DNA of 64,000 bases, from assembly GCF_006345805.1 (NCBI RefSeq), contig NC_043005.1, positions 29,388,001 to 29,452,000 on the forward strand, read 5' to 3'. Position numbers and translations under genes: made by a program. Positions 1 through 12,260 of the stretch are shown piece after piece; position 1 is the first letter of the stretch, and each line of letters starts with the position of its first letter. The notes beneath the pieces were generated by a model. The model did not search any database, was not told the DNA's origin, and saw only the letters and a program-made list of their open reading frames with translations. This DNA is from Octopus sinensis (taxonomy: Eukaryota).

Positions 1-247
1 AAAACGGAAAAGTATTAATTTTTAAAGCATAAATGACGTGATATTGTGTTTATTCACCTTGTTTTGGATATTTTCTAATAGCTTTCGAGTTATCTGAAAT
101 AAATCCATGGGGGAGAGTTAAAATAATGGGCGGCTCATAAAACTTGTCTCAAACCGAAAGTTACCACGTTATGCGCGCGCAATCATGTAAATCTACATAT
201 ATGCATGTTTCTCTCTCTCTCTCTTTCTCTCTATTTCTCTCTCTCTC

Positions 248-284
<37 letters not shown>

Positions 285-480
285 ACATTGTAAGGTTATA
301 TATGTAATAGTGTATGTATATTTATATGTGTAAATAAGGATAAGATCGTTATTTAATATTCCGATCATGTCAAATGGCCAGCATGGGAATTAAGGGTACC
401 TAAAAGATACCACCATGCAAGAAATAGCAGTCAAAACTTAACTCTAAAGCCACATCAAATATTCATACATATATTTCTAT

Positions 481-562
481 ACAGTTCTATATATAAGAAA
501 TGAGGAATTATGTACATTATTTACATTTGACGGATATTTGTCTTCATCTTGTTTGTCGTTAA
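481..562 (-). repeat. Inverted 3' tail fragment of the tRNA-headed HHR element
   Basis: Reverse complement (TTAACGACAAACAAGATGAAGACAAATATCCGTCAAATGTAAATAATGTAC...) matches 728-777 and 48739-48828. Confidence 0.85.
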
Positions 563-782
563 GAGCGCGGGCTACTAACCCCAAGATTCCGAGTTCGATT
601 CCAGGTAGTGACCTGAATAACAACAACAACAACAGTAATAATATTGAAAAGTAGCTTAGGAATGAGAACCCAGGTTCGAAATTTCACCAAGACACCTGAT
701 GAAGGTATATCAGCCAAAACGTTGTGTTAGCAACAAACAAGATGAAGACAAATATCCGTCAAATGTAAATAATGTAAATATA
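559..782 (+). mobile_element. 5'-truncated tRNA-headed, HHR-bearing short repeat (HHR degenerate)
   Basis: Colinear with 48527-48790. The HHR at 691-728 lacks part of helix II and has AAAA for GAAA. Confidence 0.85.
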
Positions 783-1209
783 TTTGTATGTGTGATTTAA
801 TTTACTCCCCAAGGTCGCGATAAAATGACTATGGACTTTCATTATATAATGAATATTTCATAAGTGTTCGTACATAACCATTGCTCATATTCAGGTTTTA
901 TTTCACCTATACGTTGCTTAAACAGCTCTAACCAGGGAATAAATGCAATACGTCTGCCTCGATATTTTGTTTGCTATTTTATATTCCGCAACTAAATGAG
1001 ACTTCCTGAATTTTCAGTTTGTGTGAAACGCACACTTCGACTGAAACATTGCCCCTTGATACACATTCTGTCGGCCAGTATTCGCAGGAGTGCTGACTGG
1101 GGCAGTTGTCCTGATTCCTTTCCCCCTCCCCTCTCTCACCATTTATGTGTAAGCATATATGTGTGTGTGTGTGTGTATGTGTGTGTGTGTGGTGTGTGTG
1201 TGTGTATGT

Positions 1210-1293
<84 letters not shown>

Positions 1294-1685
1294 GGCGCAG
1301 AAGTGGCCTATATGGTTCCGGATTCAGTCCCACTGCGTGGCACCTTGGTCAAGTGTCTTCTACTATAGCCTCGGGCCGACCGAAACTTTGTGAGTGGATT
1401 TGGTAGATGGAAACTGAAAGAAGCCCGATATATATGTACATATAGATAGATATATGTGTGGGTGTATGTATTTATGTATATATATGTTTGGGCGTCTGTG
1501 TTTATCCCTTCCCCAACATCGCTTGACGACCGATGCTGGTGTGTTTACGCCCCTGTAACTTAGCGGTTCGGAAAAAGAAACCGATAGAATAAGAACTAGG
1601 CTTACAAAGAATAAATCATGAGGGCGATTTGCTCGACTAAAGGCGGTGCTCCAGCATGGCCGCGGTCAAATGACTGAAACAAATA
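1294..1685 (+). mobile_element. tRNA-derived SINE, family A
   Basis: GGCGCAG head, GGTTCCGGATTCAGTCCC B-box-like motif, internal (TA/TG)n and ...CAAATGACTGAAAC tail; multiple copies in the window. Confidence 0.85.
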
Positions 1686-2239
1686 ATCGAAAAAATATAC
1701 ATATGTATGTATGTGTGTGTGTGTGTGTGTATGTATATATGTATGTATATATACATATATATTTATACATACATACATACATACATACATACATACATAC
1801 ATACATACATACATACATACATACATACATACATACATACATACACACACTTGTATACGCATGCACCCGCGCACGTATATCATGGCTTGTAAAACTGTAT
1901 AGAGATAGACATATCAGTCAAATTAATCTCAAACACGGTCCGATTTTCAGTTTCTTTAATTTTTGTATTTTTACGATTTGACATAGTTTCATATTTCAAT
2001 ATTACGAGTACTTTCACATTTCATAACAATCTCCAGGTAAATGTTTATATTGTGCCAGGATCAACTCACTGCTAACGTGTTTCACAACTATATATATATA
2101 CATACACACAAATATATATAAACGTATACATACATACATGTTTATGTGTATGCGTTAAACGTGTACTGTTTCATTACTACATACTACTTTCCACGACAGA
2201 TCATGTCTACAGATTTTAGCCAACCCTCTGTATAATAAC

Positions 2240-2480
2240 GGGAAGCTTTATGAAAATAGGCAAAAGACGAAGGCAGGTTTACGGAAATAAACAAAAGACG
2301 AAGGCAGGTGGAATACAAACAAACAATTGTATTAGTATGGCGTTCAGGAAATATAAATAAAACAAGTCTTTAACGTTTCGAGCCTACGCTCTTCAACAGA
2401 AAGATACACAGAGAAAAAACACAGAAAGAAGGAGAGAAAAAAATGCGTGCAGAGGCTAGCGATTCAACATGGCGATCTGA
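2240..2480 (-). mobile_element. Penelope-like element terminal repeat (pLTR) fragment
   Basis: Reverse complement resembles 5740-5930 (GAAGAGCGTAGGCTCGAAACGTTAAAGAC) at the 3' end of the adjacent PLE. Confidence 0.75.
2367..2404 (-). ncRNA. Minimal type I hammerhead-like motif, variant core CUGUUGA
   Basis: UCUUU-CUGUUGA-A-GAGC(GUAG)GCUC-GAA-ACGU-U/AAAGA: 5-bp helix I, 4-bp helix II, palindromic ACGU helix III. Confidence 0.65.
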
Positions 2481-3240
2481 TCTTGTGTTTATTATAGCAT
2501 AAAAACAAAGCGATCAGCCAAACTATTTTCAGTGTGTGTCAGAAATCCATAAGTAACTAAATATTACACTTTCACTGAACTCATAGATATGTCATATAAA
2601 GTCACTATTACAAAGCGCTGACGTTAATCAGATTGAACGATTTACACCCGTAGTGCATTCATGGCGTATGCCTGCTTATGCCATGTGACATCCGTTTGGC
2701 ATGTCTCACATACTATTTTTTAAAAATCTTAGACGTGTAACTTGGGATGCGACTTAGGTAATTTACGTTAATTTCTTTTAGTGTAATCTTTCATCATAAA
2801 AGAGAAGCGGATCTCCATCTGACTGTCGGTCACAACATCTATTAGAGTGATGGAAAGAAGGGGGGATACAAAATATACGTCACAATGTATTTTTTAGAAG
2901 AAATCTGATGCGAGGGAAGTACAGTAAGAGAGTGTGTATATGTGAAAGATAGATAGATATATAGATAGTGTTGTCTCCATAGTAACTAACAAGTTTTGGG
3001 TAAAAATGCGGGAACTTTAAGTGCAAGTCTGCCAACACAACGCAACACAGCTACAAAAGAAAAAGATTTTCATATAATAATATATATAATTACTTTTTTA
3101 TTTGTTTATTTGTGTGTGTGTGTGTGTGGTGTGTGTGTGTGTGCACGCGTGCGTGAGTGAATGTTTCTGTATGTCTTTCAACATAGAGACAACGTAACAC
3201 CTACTTCAGAATAATACTTTCACTATAATGACAGGTTGTT

Positions 3241-3292
<52 letters not shown>

Positions 3293-3584
3293 AGAGAAGG
3301 AATATATTGTTGTCACCATAATAACTAAAGAAACTTTCACTATATAACAGTCTACTATCAAAAGAGGGTACATACATGATTAAAGATTAACAAATATTCT
3401 TACCGGCCGCGTAGCGACGGATAGGACCTAGTTTTGTATAAATATTTGTCCATAAGAATTCGTTTCACGCATTATAATCTTTTGTTACGATGAAAGGGTT
3501 CATACCAATCCATCCATTCATCCATCCATCCAGATAGGTAGATAGATACGTACAAACATGCATACATACACCCACACACATCCA

Positions 3585-5930
3585 ATATCCTCGCACCCCC
3601 ACCATTTACTTCCTCCTCAAAATCCACAAACCTAACAACCCTGTCCGCCCCATCGTATCCGCCTGCAACTGCCCCACCGAACTCATCTCCAGATATCGTG
3701 ACCGTGTCCTTGCCCCCCCTAGTGGCTTCCCCCTCTCACATCCATGACACCAACCACGCGCTTCGTTTGTTCAACTCTTTCTCCTTCCCTCCTGGCCCCT
3801 CTAAACTTCTCTTCACTCTCGACATCCAGTGCATGCACTCCAACATTTCCTTGACCTTCTACCCAACCCCCAACCCGACACATCCACACTCGTTCGTCTG
3901 GCTGAACTTGTCCTCTCACTCAACTGCTTCTCGTTCGCTGGTGATTTTCTACCAGCAGATCTCGGGAGTGGCCATAGGAACGAGAATGGGCCCCAACTAT
4001 GCGAACCTGTTCGTTGGCTACGTTGAGGCCCAAATATTCTCAAGTTTCACTGGTTCCACTCCCGAACTATACGGCCATTATATTGACGACTGTATCGGTG
4101 CGACCTCACTCTCCCGCGAACATCTAGACTCCTTCCTCTCTTTTGTCAAATCTTTCTACCCTACCCTCCACTTCTGCACTATCTTTGATACCTCTGTCTC
4201 CTTTCTTGACATTTCGGTCAGTATTCATCACTCCACTCTCACCACCTCCATCCACTACAAGCACACAGACTCACACTCATAACTCAACTTCTCCTCCTCC
4301 CACCTTAAACACACCAAGCTCTTTATCGCCTATTCCCAATTCCTCTCTCTACGCTGGCTCTGTAGTGACGACCATGACTTTGAGAGTCAGTCTCAACTCA
4401 TGGCTCTCCACTTCTTCGTGCGTGGATATCCCCACACCACTATCCACACCGTCCTTGCCAGAGCACGTTCTGTGCACCGTGCATCTGCTCTCTCCCCCCG
4501 AACCCACCTTGCCGTCTCCCGCCTACCATTTTCCCTCACCTACCACCCCACTACCCTACCTCTCCAATGCACCATTCTCCGAGCTTTCCGGCGACTCAAG
4601 TCCGACCCCTCCACTTCGCACATCTTCCCTAACCGACGCCTCCCCTCTTTCAAACGAGCCCACAACCTACGAGACCTCTTGGTCCACAGCTTCTTCCCTA
4701 ACCCAACTTCTCAACTCGGCTCGTTCCTCTGCTCCCGCCCACGCTGCGGCACTTGCCCTTACCTCTCCAACACCACCCTCCTCACCAGCACCCATCATCG
4801 ACCCTATCACATCACCGACTCCTTCACCTACACTTCTACCAATGTCATCTACTGCATCTCCTGCTCTCTTTGCCCTTCTCTATACATCGGGCAAACGGGA
4901 TGCCGCTTTGCTGACCGGTTCGCGGAACACCTTCGAGACATCCGACTCGGCAATGACACCCCGGTCTCGCGCCATTTCCTCTCTACAGGTCACCCTTTGC
5001 AATACCTGTCCGTCTTCGGATTGTCCTTGCACAGGGGCCATCCGGATTCCCGTTTACGCCGTGAACAGAAATTAATTTTCTCTCTTCGCTCCTTTGCGCC
5101 ACATGGGCTCAACTCTCCTCCCCTCTTCATCTAACCTCCTGCACTCGCCTCTTTCCCTCTCATACCTACTTCCTCCCACCCACCTCTCCTCTCTTGCTCC
5201 GACTCCTACTTCTTCTCTTCACTCCTACTCTCCTCTCTTCTCTTCACTCCTAGCCACCTTCTCCTATCCCCTCCATCGTCACCCCTCCCTCGTAACCCCA
5301 CACCACCCCTACACATTCCAACCCCACCTTCCCTATCTTTCCCATCCCATCCCTTATACCCACTCCCACATACCCCACCTCTACCCCACTCTCTGCCTAC
5401 CCACATACCCCATCCCTACCCACCCCTACCCCACCCTCAGCCTAACCCACACCCCACACTTGCTTTCCCCACCTCCCAACACCATCACACCACACCACAC
5501 CCCACTACACCATACACCACATCACATCACACCACCACGCTCACACAAGCACTGACCACTTCCCAGCCTCACATTTTCACACCTACACATACACTCACGC
5601 CCACGTCATGGTCACCATCCCTCTTCCACACGCACATACATACTCTCTTATACACACACACGCGCACCTTCGTTTTGGGATCACCACTACCTTATTATCA
5701 CCCCTTCATCCTAGCTTTCCTATGTGACCCTTCTGTCCGGCATTCGCCATGATAGATCGCTAGCCACTACATATTCTTCATTTTCTCTCGTTGTTTCTTT
5801 CTGTGCTCCTGTCTGTGGAAGAGCGTAGGCTCGAAACGTTAAAGACTTTTCAATTCCCGAGCGTTAAACTAATACATCTGTTTGTTGTCTACACCACCCG
5901 TCTTCGTCTTTTGTCTTTTGTGAATTCTCC
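3585..5930 (+). mobile_element. Penelope-like retroelement, 5'-truncated (RT + GIY-YIG + pLTR)
   Basis: Translation gives IYFLLKIHKPNNPVRPIVS, GVAIGTRMGPNYANLF, YIDD, then CxxCxxC, VIYCISC..LYIGQTG..RFAEH..E..I..L....P.GLN; pyrimidine/CA-rich 3' region ending in an HHR-like motif. Confidence 0.93.
3590..5134 (+). pseudogene. Disrupted PLE RT/GIY-YIG endonuclease ORF
   Basis: ORFs 3698-4282 and 4400-5134 lie in the same frame and are separated by a TAA at 4280-4282; there is a frameshift near 3700 and an apparent internal deletion in the RT. Confidence 0.85.
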
Positions 5931-6039
5931 CATGTATATATATATATATATACCTATTCTCTTACAATTAGAACATTCAAAGATTGCCCTTTCTATATTT
6001 TCTAATTTTCATTTATTCCGTAAATTCTGATGGTTTTCC

Positions 6040-6620
6040 TTTGTAAAATGTCTGTTTATATTGTCAAAAGCCCTTTGGAAACCGTGAAAATTAATAGCCG
6101 CCATTAATTTGTATTCGATGGTGTTTCCAATTCTTCATTGCATCACAAAAATGACATCAGTGCAGTCAGTGCATGATCTCCTAACATGAAATCCAGATTT
6201 ATGGTCTCTTAAAATTGTGTAAAATATCTCCCTCATCCTGTTTAACGCAATCACTGAAAGTAGTTTGTTAGTCACATGCAGAGAGATTTCTATCCATCTT
6301 AAATAAACACTCACCTTTCCTTGGCATTTTCACAATATCAGCTTTTCCCTACTCTTCTCGTATTTTTTCATCACGCAAGATTATGTTACGTAGATTAATT
6401 AACGCTGTCTCCATGGCTTCCCGTCCACATTTAACACACTCACAAAGGATTCCATTTATACCTGCAGCTTCGTCAATTTTCTGATTGCAAAGCTTTCCGT
6501 ACTTCCACTCATATAATTTCAACATACACATCGGTCGTTTATATAATCAGTCACATGTAAAAGCTCACAATGTTCACAATGATTTAGTACTTATTTGAAC
6601 GGGTGCAAATATCTCATGCT
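6040..6620 (-). pseudogene. Degraded non-LTR (RTE-like) reverse transcriptase fragment
   Basis: Broken translation shows AAGINGILCECVKCG, EKIREE*, GFHVRRSCTD and F..FQRAFD, matching LINE RT motifs KAAG.DGI / GFR.GRS.TD / FxDFxKAFD. Confidence 0.7.
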
Positions 6621-7243
6621 TTTGACCTCTCCTGTCTTTAGACAATCCCCATTATTACTCTTTAGAGGCACCCTTACATGTTGCTCAACATCCTGGCACT
6701 TGCCTGTGCACTGAATATACGATTCTTGGATAATATCTAGGAACAGAAGTCTCTTTGAGAGGGGACAAAACACATATGTGGTTACAACTCCAGAGAAGTT
6801 GACTCGAATAGCCTGAAATCAGAATTCCTCTGTTGTTACAACTACATCTATATTTTCCCGCGCTCTCATACATACGTACGCACACGCATATTTATATACA
6901 TACATATATATACACGCGCATGTATATATAATTATGTACATGCATATATATATATATATTTATACACACACCCATACATAAACCTACTATAAGTATGTAT
7001 ATGTATGCTTACATATGTACATATATGTGTGTGTGTGTGCTCATATATATGCATATACATAAATTTATACACATAGAAGCACATATCTATCAACAAATGC
7101 ATACGCACATCTACATAACTACATAACTGTATACACTCGCATCAGATCAACGGTCAGTTTAAAATGTAACGTTTACATGAAAAAACTTTTACACTAAGCG
7201 TTGACTTCTTTCTGCGATATGAAAAGGAACTAGAGGAACTTTA

Positions 7244-7277
<34 letters not shown>

Positions 7278-7460
7278 GAGGTAGATGTGCATTACGCCGT
7301 TACATATATGCAGACAATATAGATAAGCATATAATCATGGATCTATCTATCACACACACATATATACAACACACACACATATACATAACTACATATTGTA
7401 CTTCGGAATGGTTCTTTCATTTATTATTGCTATTGTCTTTTGCCAAATAAACACACGCAC

Positions 7461-7514
<54 letters not shown>

Positions 7515-7534
7515 CTGTTATTTTATTACTTTTA

Positions 7535-7921
7535 TTATTTTGACGTCTGTCCATTGTCCGGAAATCTTTCGTCACACATCTGTGACCTCTTTAGCGACAC
7601 TTTTCGTTTCAGTGTGTGTTCTTGCTCCACTCCATTCTGTTCTTCTAAGATATGATCCTTATGTGTGCATGTGTTTGTGTCCTTGTTTGTGTGTGTGTAT
7701 GTTTGTGTGTTTGTTTGTATGTGTATATGTATGCTTGCGTGTGTGTCATAGTTTTCAGCAGCAGTGTGACCGAGAAAAAACAGGGGGAAGGTACAGTTCT
7801 TGTACTCCTCTGAGTATGTGTATTCGTCCACGATGTTGCCATCGTGGTAGTTGTAATTGTTGTTGCTGTTGTTGTTATTGTCATCGTCGGCCACCGCTGC
7901 AACCCCGATGCGACCAAAATC
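7535..7921 (-). other. Candidate terminal coding exon of an unknown gene (unconfirmed)
   Basis: 128 stop-free codons after CAG (7922-7924); many C/G-ending codons against an AT-rich background; TAATAA stop followed by AATAAA. The acceptor polypyrimidine tract is weak and there is no recognisable domain. Confidence 0.3.
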
Positions 7922-8197
7922 CTGTATGTAAGTCTCTATAAATATACTCCTCTATTTCCAACGATTTTAAAGTCATTTTAGGTGGTTTGTCCACACAGAA
8001 ACTCACACATACAAATATGTGTGTTTGTATATATATATATATAAATTTTAATTTTAATTATTATATATATATATATAGATATATATATTAATTATTATAT
8101 ATGTATATATAAATTATTAATTATAATAGGCGCAGGAGTGGCTGTGTAGTAAGCATTTCGTCCAGTGTTTTAACAATTCTGCCAGCTCACCACCTTC

Positions 8198-8253
<56 letters not shown>

Positions 8254-8276
8254 TATTATTATTATTATTATTATTG

Positions 8277-9174
8277 GAAGTAAGTAGGTTAGGCTTGTGT
8301 AGGATGGAACATTGCAAAAATAAAGCACTGTACAAGCACGTGGAAATGAATGAAACTGAAAATAGGTGGATAAAGAAAATAATGCATGGACAATTTCATA
8401 GGGAAGTTGAAGATAAGACAGAGAGAGAAAAAGGTGGCCACGGATGACTAAAAGTGATTTAAAACCGGAAATAGAGGCTCTAATCCGTGCTACCCAAGAG
8501 CAAGCACTAAGAACGAATTACATCAAACACAGAATAGACAGCACATCAGAAAGTGGTAAGTGCAGAATCTGCGGACAAAATGCTACTCGCCCAGAAAGAA
8601 AATAAGAGACGTCACGACAATATAGCAAGGTTTGTTCATTGGACACTTTGCCACAAGTACGGACTTGACAGAGCAAAAAAGTAGTACGAACATAAACATG
8701 AAGGCATCATCGAAAATAATAATGCAAAAAATCCTATAGGATTTTATGATTTAGTGCGGTCATGAGATAGAAAATAGGAAGCCTGACATAGTGTTAACTG
8801 AGAAAGAAAGCAAACTATGCTGGATCATAGATATAGCATGCCCAGCTGACAACAGGGTATGCGATAAGGAAGAAAGAAAAATTTGATAGATATAACAGGT
8901 TAGTATGGGAGGTTAAGCAGCTGTGGTCGCCGAAAATGGTGGTAGTAATATTAACAATCGTCGCAGTCCTGGGAACAGTGAGTAAAAATCTTGAGAAGTA
9001 CATAGAGCAAATAGGGTCTGCAATAAGGGTGGAGCACTTGCAGAAAACAGCACTGCTTGGAACCGCTCGAATACTCCAGAAGGTGCTCGAAAAATAAGGG
9101 GTGTTACCTTAGTTCACTGGTAGTGAACAGCTGACACCGTAGTGTATCTCCAGCGTTAGAAGCTGTGCAAAGGC
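8277..9174 (+). mobile_element. R4/Dong-type non-LTR element, 3' fragment (restriction-like endonuclease)
   Basis: MHGQFHRE, QEQALRTN, KCRICG, RHD, RKPDIV, IIDIACPAD, LQKTALLGTARIL; flanked by (TAA)n on both sides. Confidence 0.88.
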
Positions 9175-9228
<54 letters not shown>

Positions 9229-10094
9229 TATGATGATGATGAATTTTATTTTGGCCGAGTTACCCTGAGTTTCATTTTCGGGAAAGTTATGACTGAATGA
9301 TGAAATTTGCGCATCTGTGTATAGGATTTTTGTCATAGGGTATGATAGTGGAGAAAAAAAAATGATAATTGGGGTCGGATGGGGGGGAGAAGAAAATAAA
9401 GAGGTAGGAAAAGGAAAGTAAAAGAAAAGAAAGAGAAGAAAAGGGAACAAACGCAAAGATAAAAAGCAAGTAAGGGGAGATTGAGGTCGTATTTTGATGG
9501 GAGAGAATGAAGTAGTGTTGGCGGGTATTAGTGTGGTGAAAGAATACAAAATTCAATAGAAAAATTGCGTATAGCCAAATGAATGAACATTGGAACAAGT
9601 GATACGCAAGGGTAGAAATGAATGATTAAATGAATAAATAAAATTAAAATGTCATGACAGCTGGAATGAATAAGGGATGTGATATTAATGAAAGTTGAAT
9701 GATGAGTAAGGAGGAATCGTGGTGATAGTGATAATTCACAAAGAATAATGCAAAAATATTTAAGGAATAAATCAAGATTAAAAGTATTGAAAAAATATTG
9801 AAAAATACTGAAAAAACATGACAATTAAAATGGAAGGAAACGAAATTATAGCAACAGGAGCACTGTTTAAAACCATTTGTCAATAGTTCAAAGAATAAGA
9901 ATTTGAGTGAAAGTCATAATTAAAGTTAAATGGAATAAAGTAAATAAAATAAAGATAAAAATAAAAGTAAAAATTAATTGGAGAAATTGGGAATATTGAC
10001 GAGGACAGAAAATATATGGAAAAATATTGGGAAAAGTTATGGAAAAGATAAAAGACGTGTTGAGAATGTTAAGATATTGAAAAATTATAAAGAT

Positions 10095-10150
<56 letters not shown>

Positions 10151-10184
10151 TATATATGTATATATGTATATTGGTTCAAATGTA

Positions 10185-10560
10185 CAAAAAAACAAAAGAC
10201 AGAGAGAGGTGAGGGAACAACAAATAAAGTGTACTAATTTGACGCTTAGGAAAAATATAAAAGTCTTTGATGCTTCGAGCCTACGCTCTTCAAAAGAAAG
10301 GAATGAAGAAAGACAACGGAGAGAGAAAAAAGCGAAGAAAGGTATAAAAAAAGGAAAAGCGCGTCTGGGTTGACGATTTCATATACCAAAATGACCAGAA
10401 GGAAGAGGTTGAATAGAAAGGGAAATAACAGTGATCTAGCTAAAGTGTGTGCGTGCATGTGAAGATGATGTGCGTGACAGCATATGTGTGTGTGGGGGGG
10501 GGCGAGTGCGTTTGTATGTCTGTGTGAGAAAGCAAAATATAATGTGAATCTGTGTGTGTA
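10185..10560 (-). mobile_element. PLE pLTR fragment with degenerate HHR (10264-10301)
   Basis: Contains TCGAGCCTACGCTCTTCAA, as at 2378-2396; similar to 5580-5900. Confidence 0.7.
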
Positions 10561-10726
10561 GATGTGTATACACACATATATACATATGTATACATATGTA
10601 TATATATATATATATACACACGCACACATATATATAAATCTATTCTTAAAGATCTACCTTTAAGCCTAAACTCAATCCCTAATAATAAAACGAATTTTAG
10701 TCTTTTATGGAATTTTATCCTTTTAC

Positions 10727-10998
10727 AGGTGCAGGTGTAACCTTGTCGTAAGAAGCTTGCTTCCCAACCACATGGTTCCGGATTCAGTCCCACTGCGTGG
10801 CTCCTTGGGTAAGTGTCTTCTACTATAGCCTCGGGCTCACCAAAGCCTTGTGAGTGGATCTGGTCAACGGAAACTGAAAGAAGCCCGTCGTATATATTAT
10901 ATACAAAGAATAAGTCCTGGGGTGATTTGTTCGACTAAATGCGGTGCTCCAGTATGGCCGCTGTCAAATGACTGAAACAAGTAAAAGAATAAAAGAAT
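10727..10998 (+). mobile_element. SINE family A, internally deleted
   Basis: Head and tail match 1294-1685 and 30804-31188. Confidence 0.85.
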
Positions 10999-11303
10999 AG
11001 AAGAATATACTTTCATGTCATGTACATCTAATTTAGAGAAAGAAGTTAGGCGGTGCCCCAGCATGGCCTCAGCTCTGAGCTGAAACTACAAAAAATGAAA
11101 GAAAGAAAGAAAGAAAAGACAATCTCAGAAATGGAAAAGTTACTTTCGGTTTGTTAATTTGAAAGGAAGAGCTTAAGGACTGTCAAAAATTTATAAAAAA
11201 AATAGAATTTTGAAACGTGTTTCTAGTAATTACAAAAACATTTCCATAAAGAAGAGCAATTAATGTTGGACACGTGGATTTAAATTGTACAGCTCTGCCA
11301 ACA

Positions 11304-11906
<603 letters not shown>

Positions 11907-12134
11907 TGTATGTATATTACTTCAAAAGTTCCCGCAAGCCCATATGTGAAAAAAAAAAATTTTTACGGAAATCGACGGAAATGTCTACTAGAGACGAAAG
12001 ATCGCCTAACATATTTACGAATGCACAGACACATTGACACATTGACACACAGACACATTGACACTCATACTCAACATACACCGAGCATAGAAACAGCCCC
12101 CTCCAACCCATAAAACCACAAGAGCGATAACATG

Positions 12135-12260
12135 GATGGAAGCACTCCGTCGGTTACGACGACGAGGATTCCGGTTGATCCGAATCAACGGAACAGCCTG
12201 CTCGTGAAATTAACGTGTAAGTGGCTGAGCACTCCACAGACACATGTACCCTTTGAAATA
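12135..12260 (-). mobile_element. SINE family C 3' tail fragment
   Basis: CACTCCGTCGGTTACGACGACGAGG...GTGGCTGAGCACTCCACAGACAC is shared with 30144, 46850 and 55810. Confidence 0.8.

Noticed and set aside
979-1981. YIYI/HTHT/CVCV/IIII/NNNN-type ORFs here and throughout the window
   Set aside because: These are translations of di-, tri- and tetranucleotide microsatellites.
4143-5555. Ser/Pro/Thr/His-rich ORFs 4143-5075 and 5094-5555
   Set aside because: Alternative frames of the C-rich PLE strand and its 3' UTR.
7805-7835. IVDEYTY peptide resembling the array's IVDEYTWY
   Set aside because: Six-residue match with different codons and no periodicity; consistent with chance.
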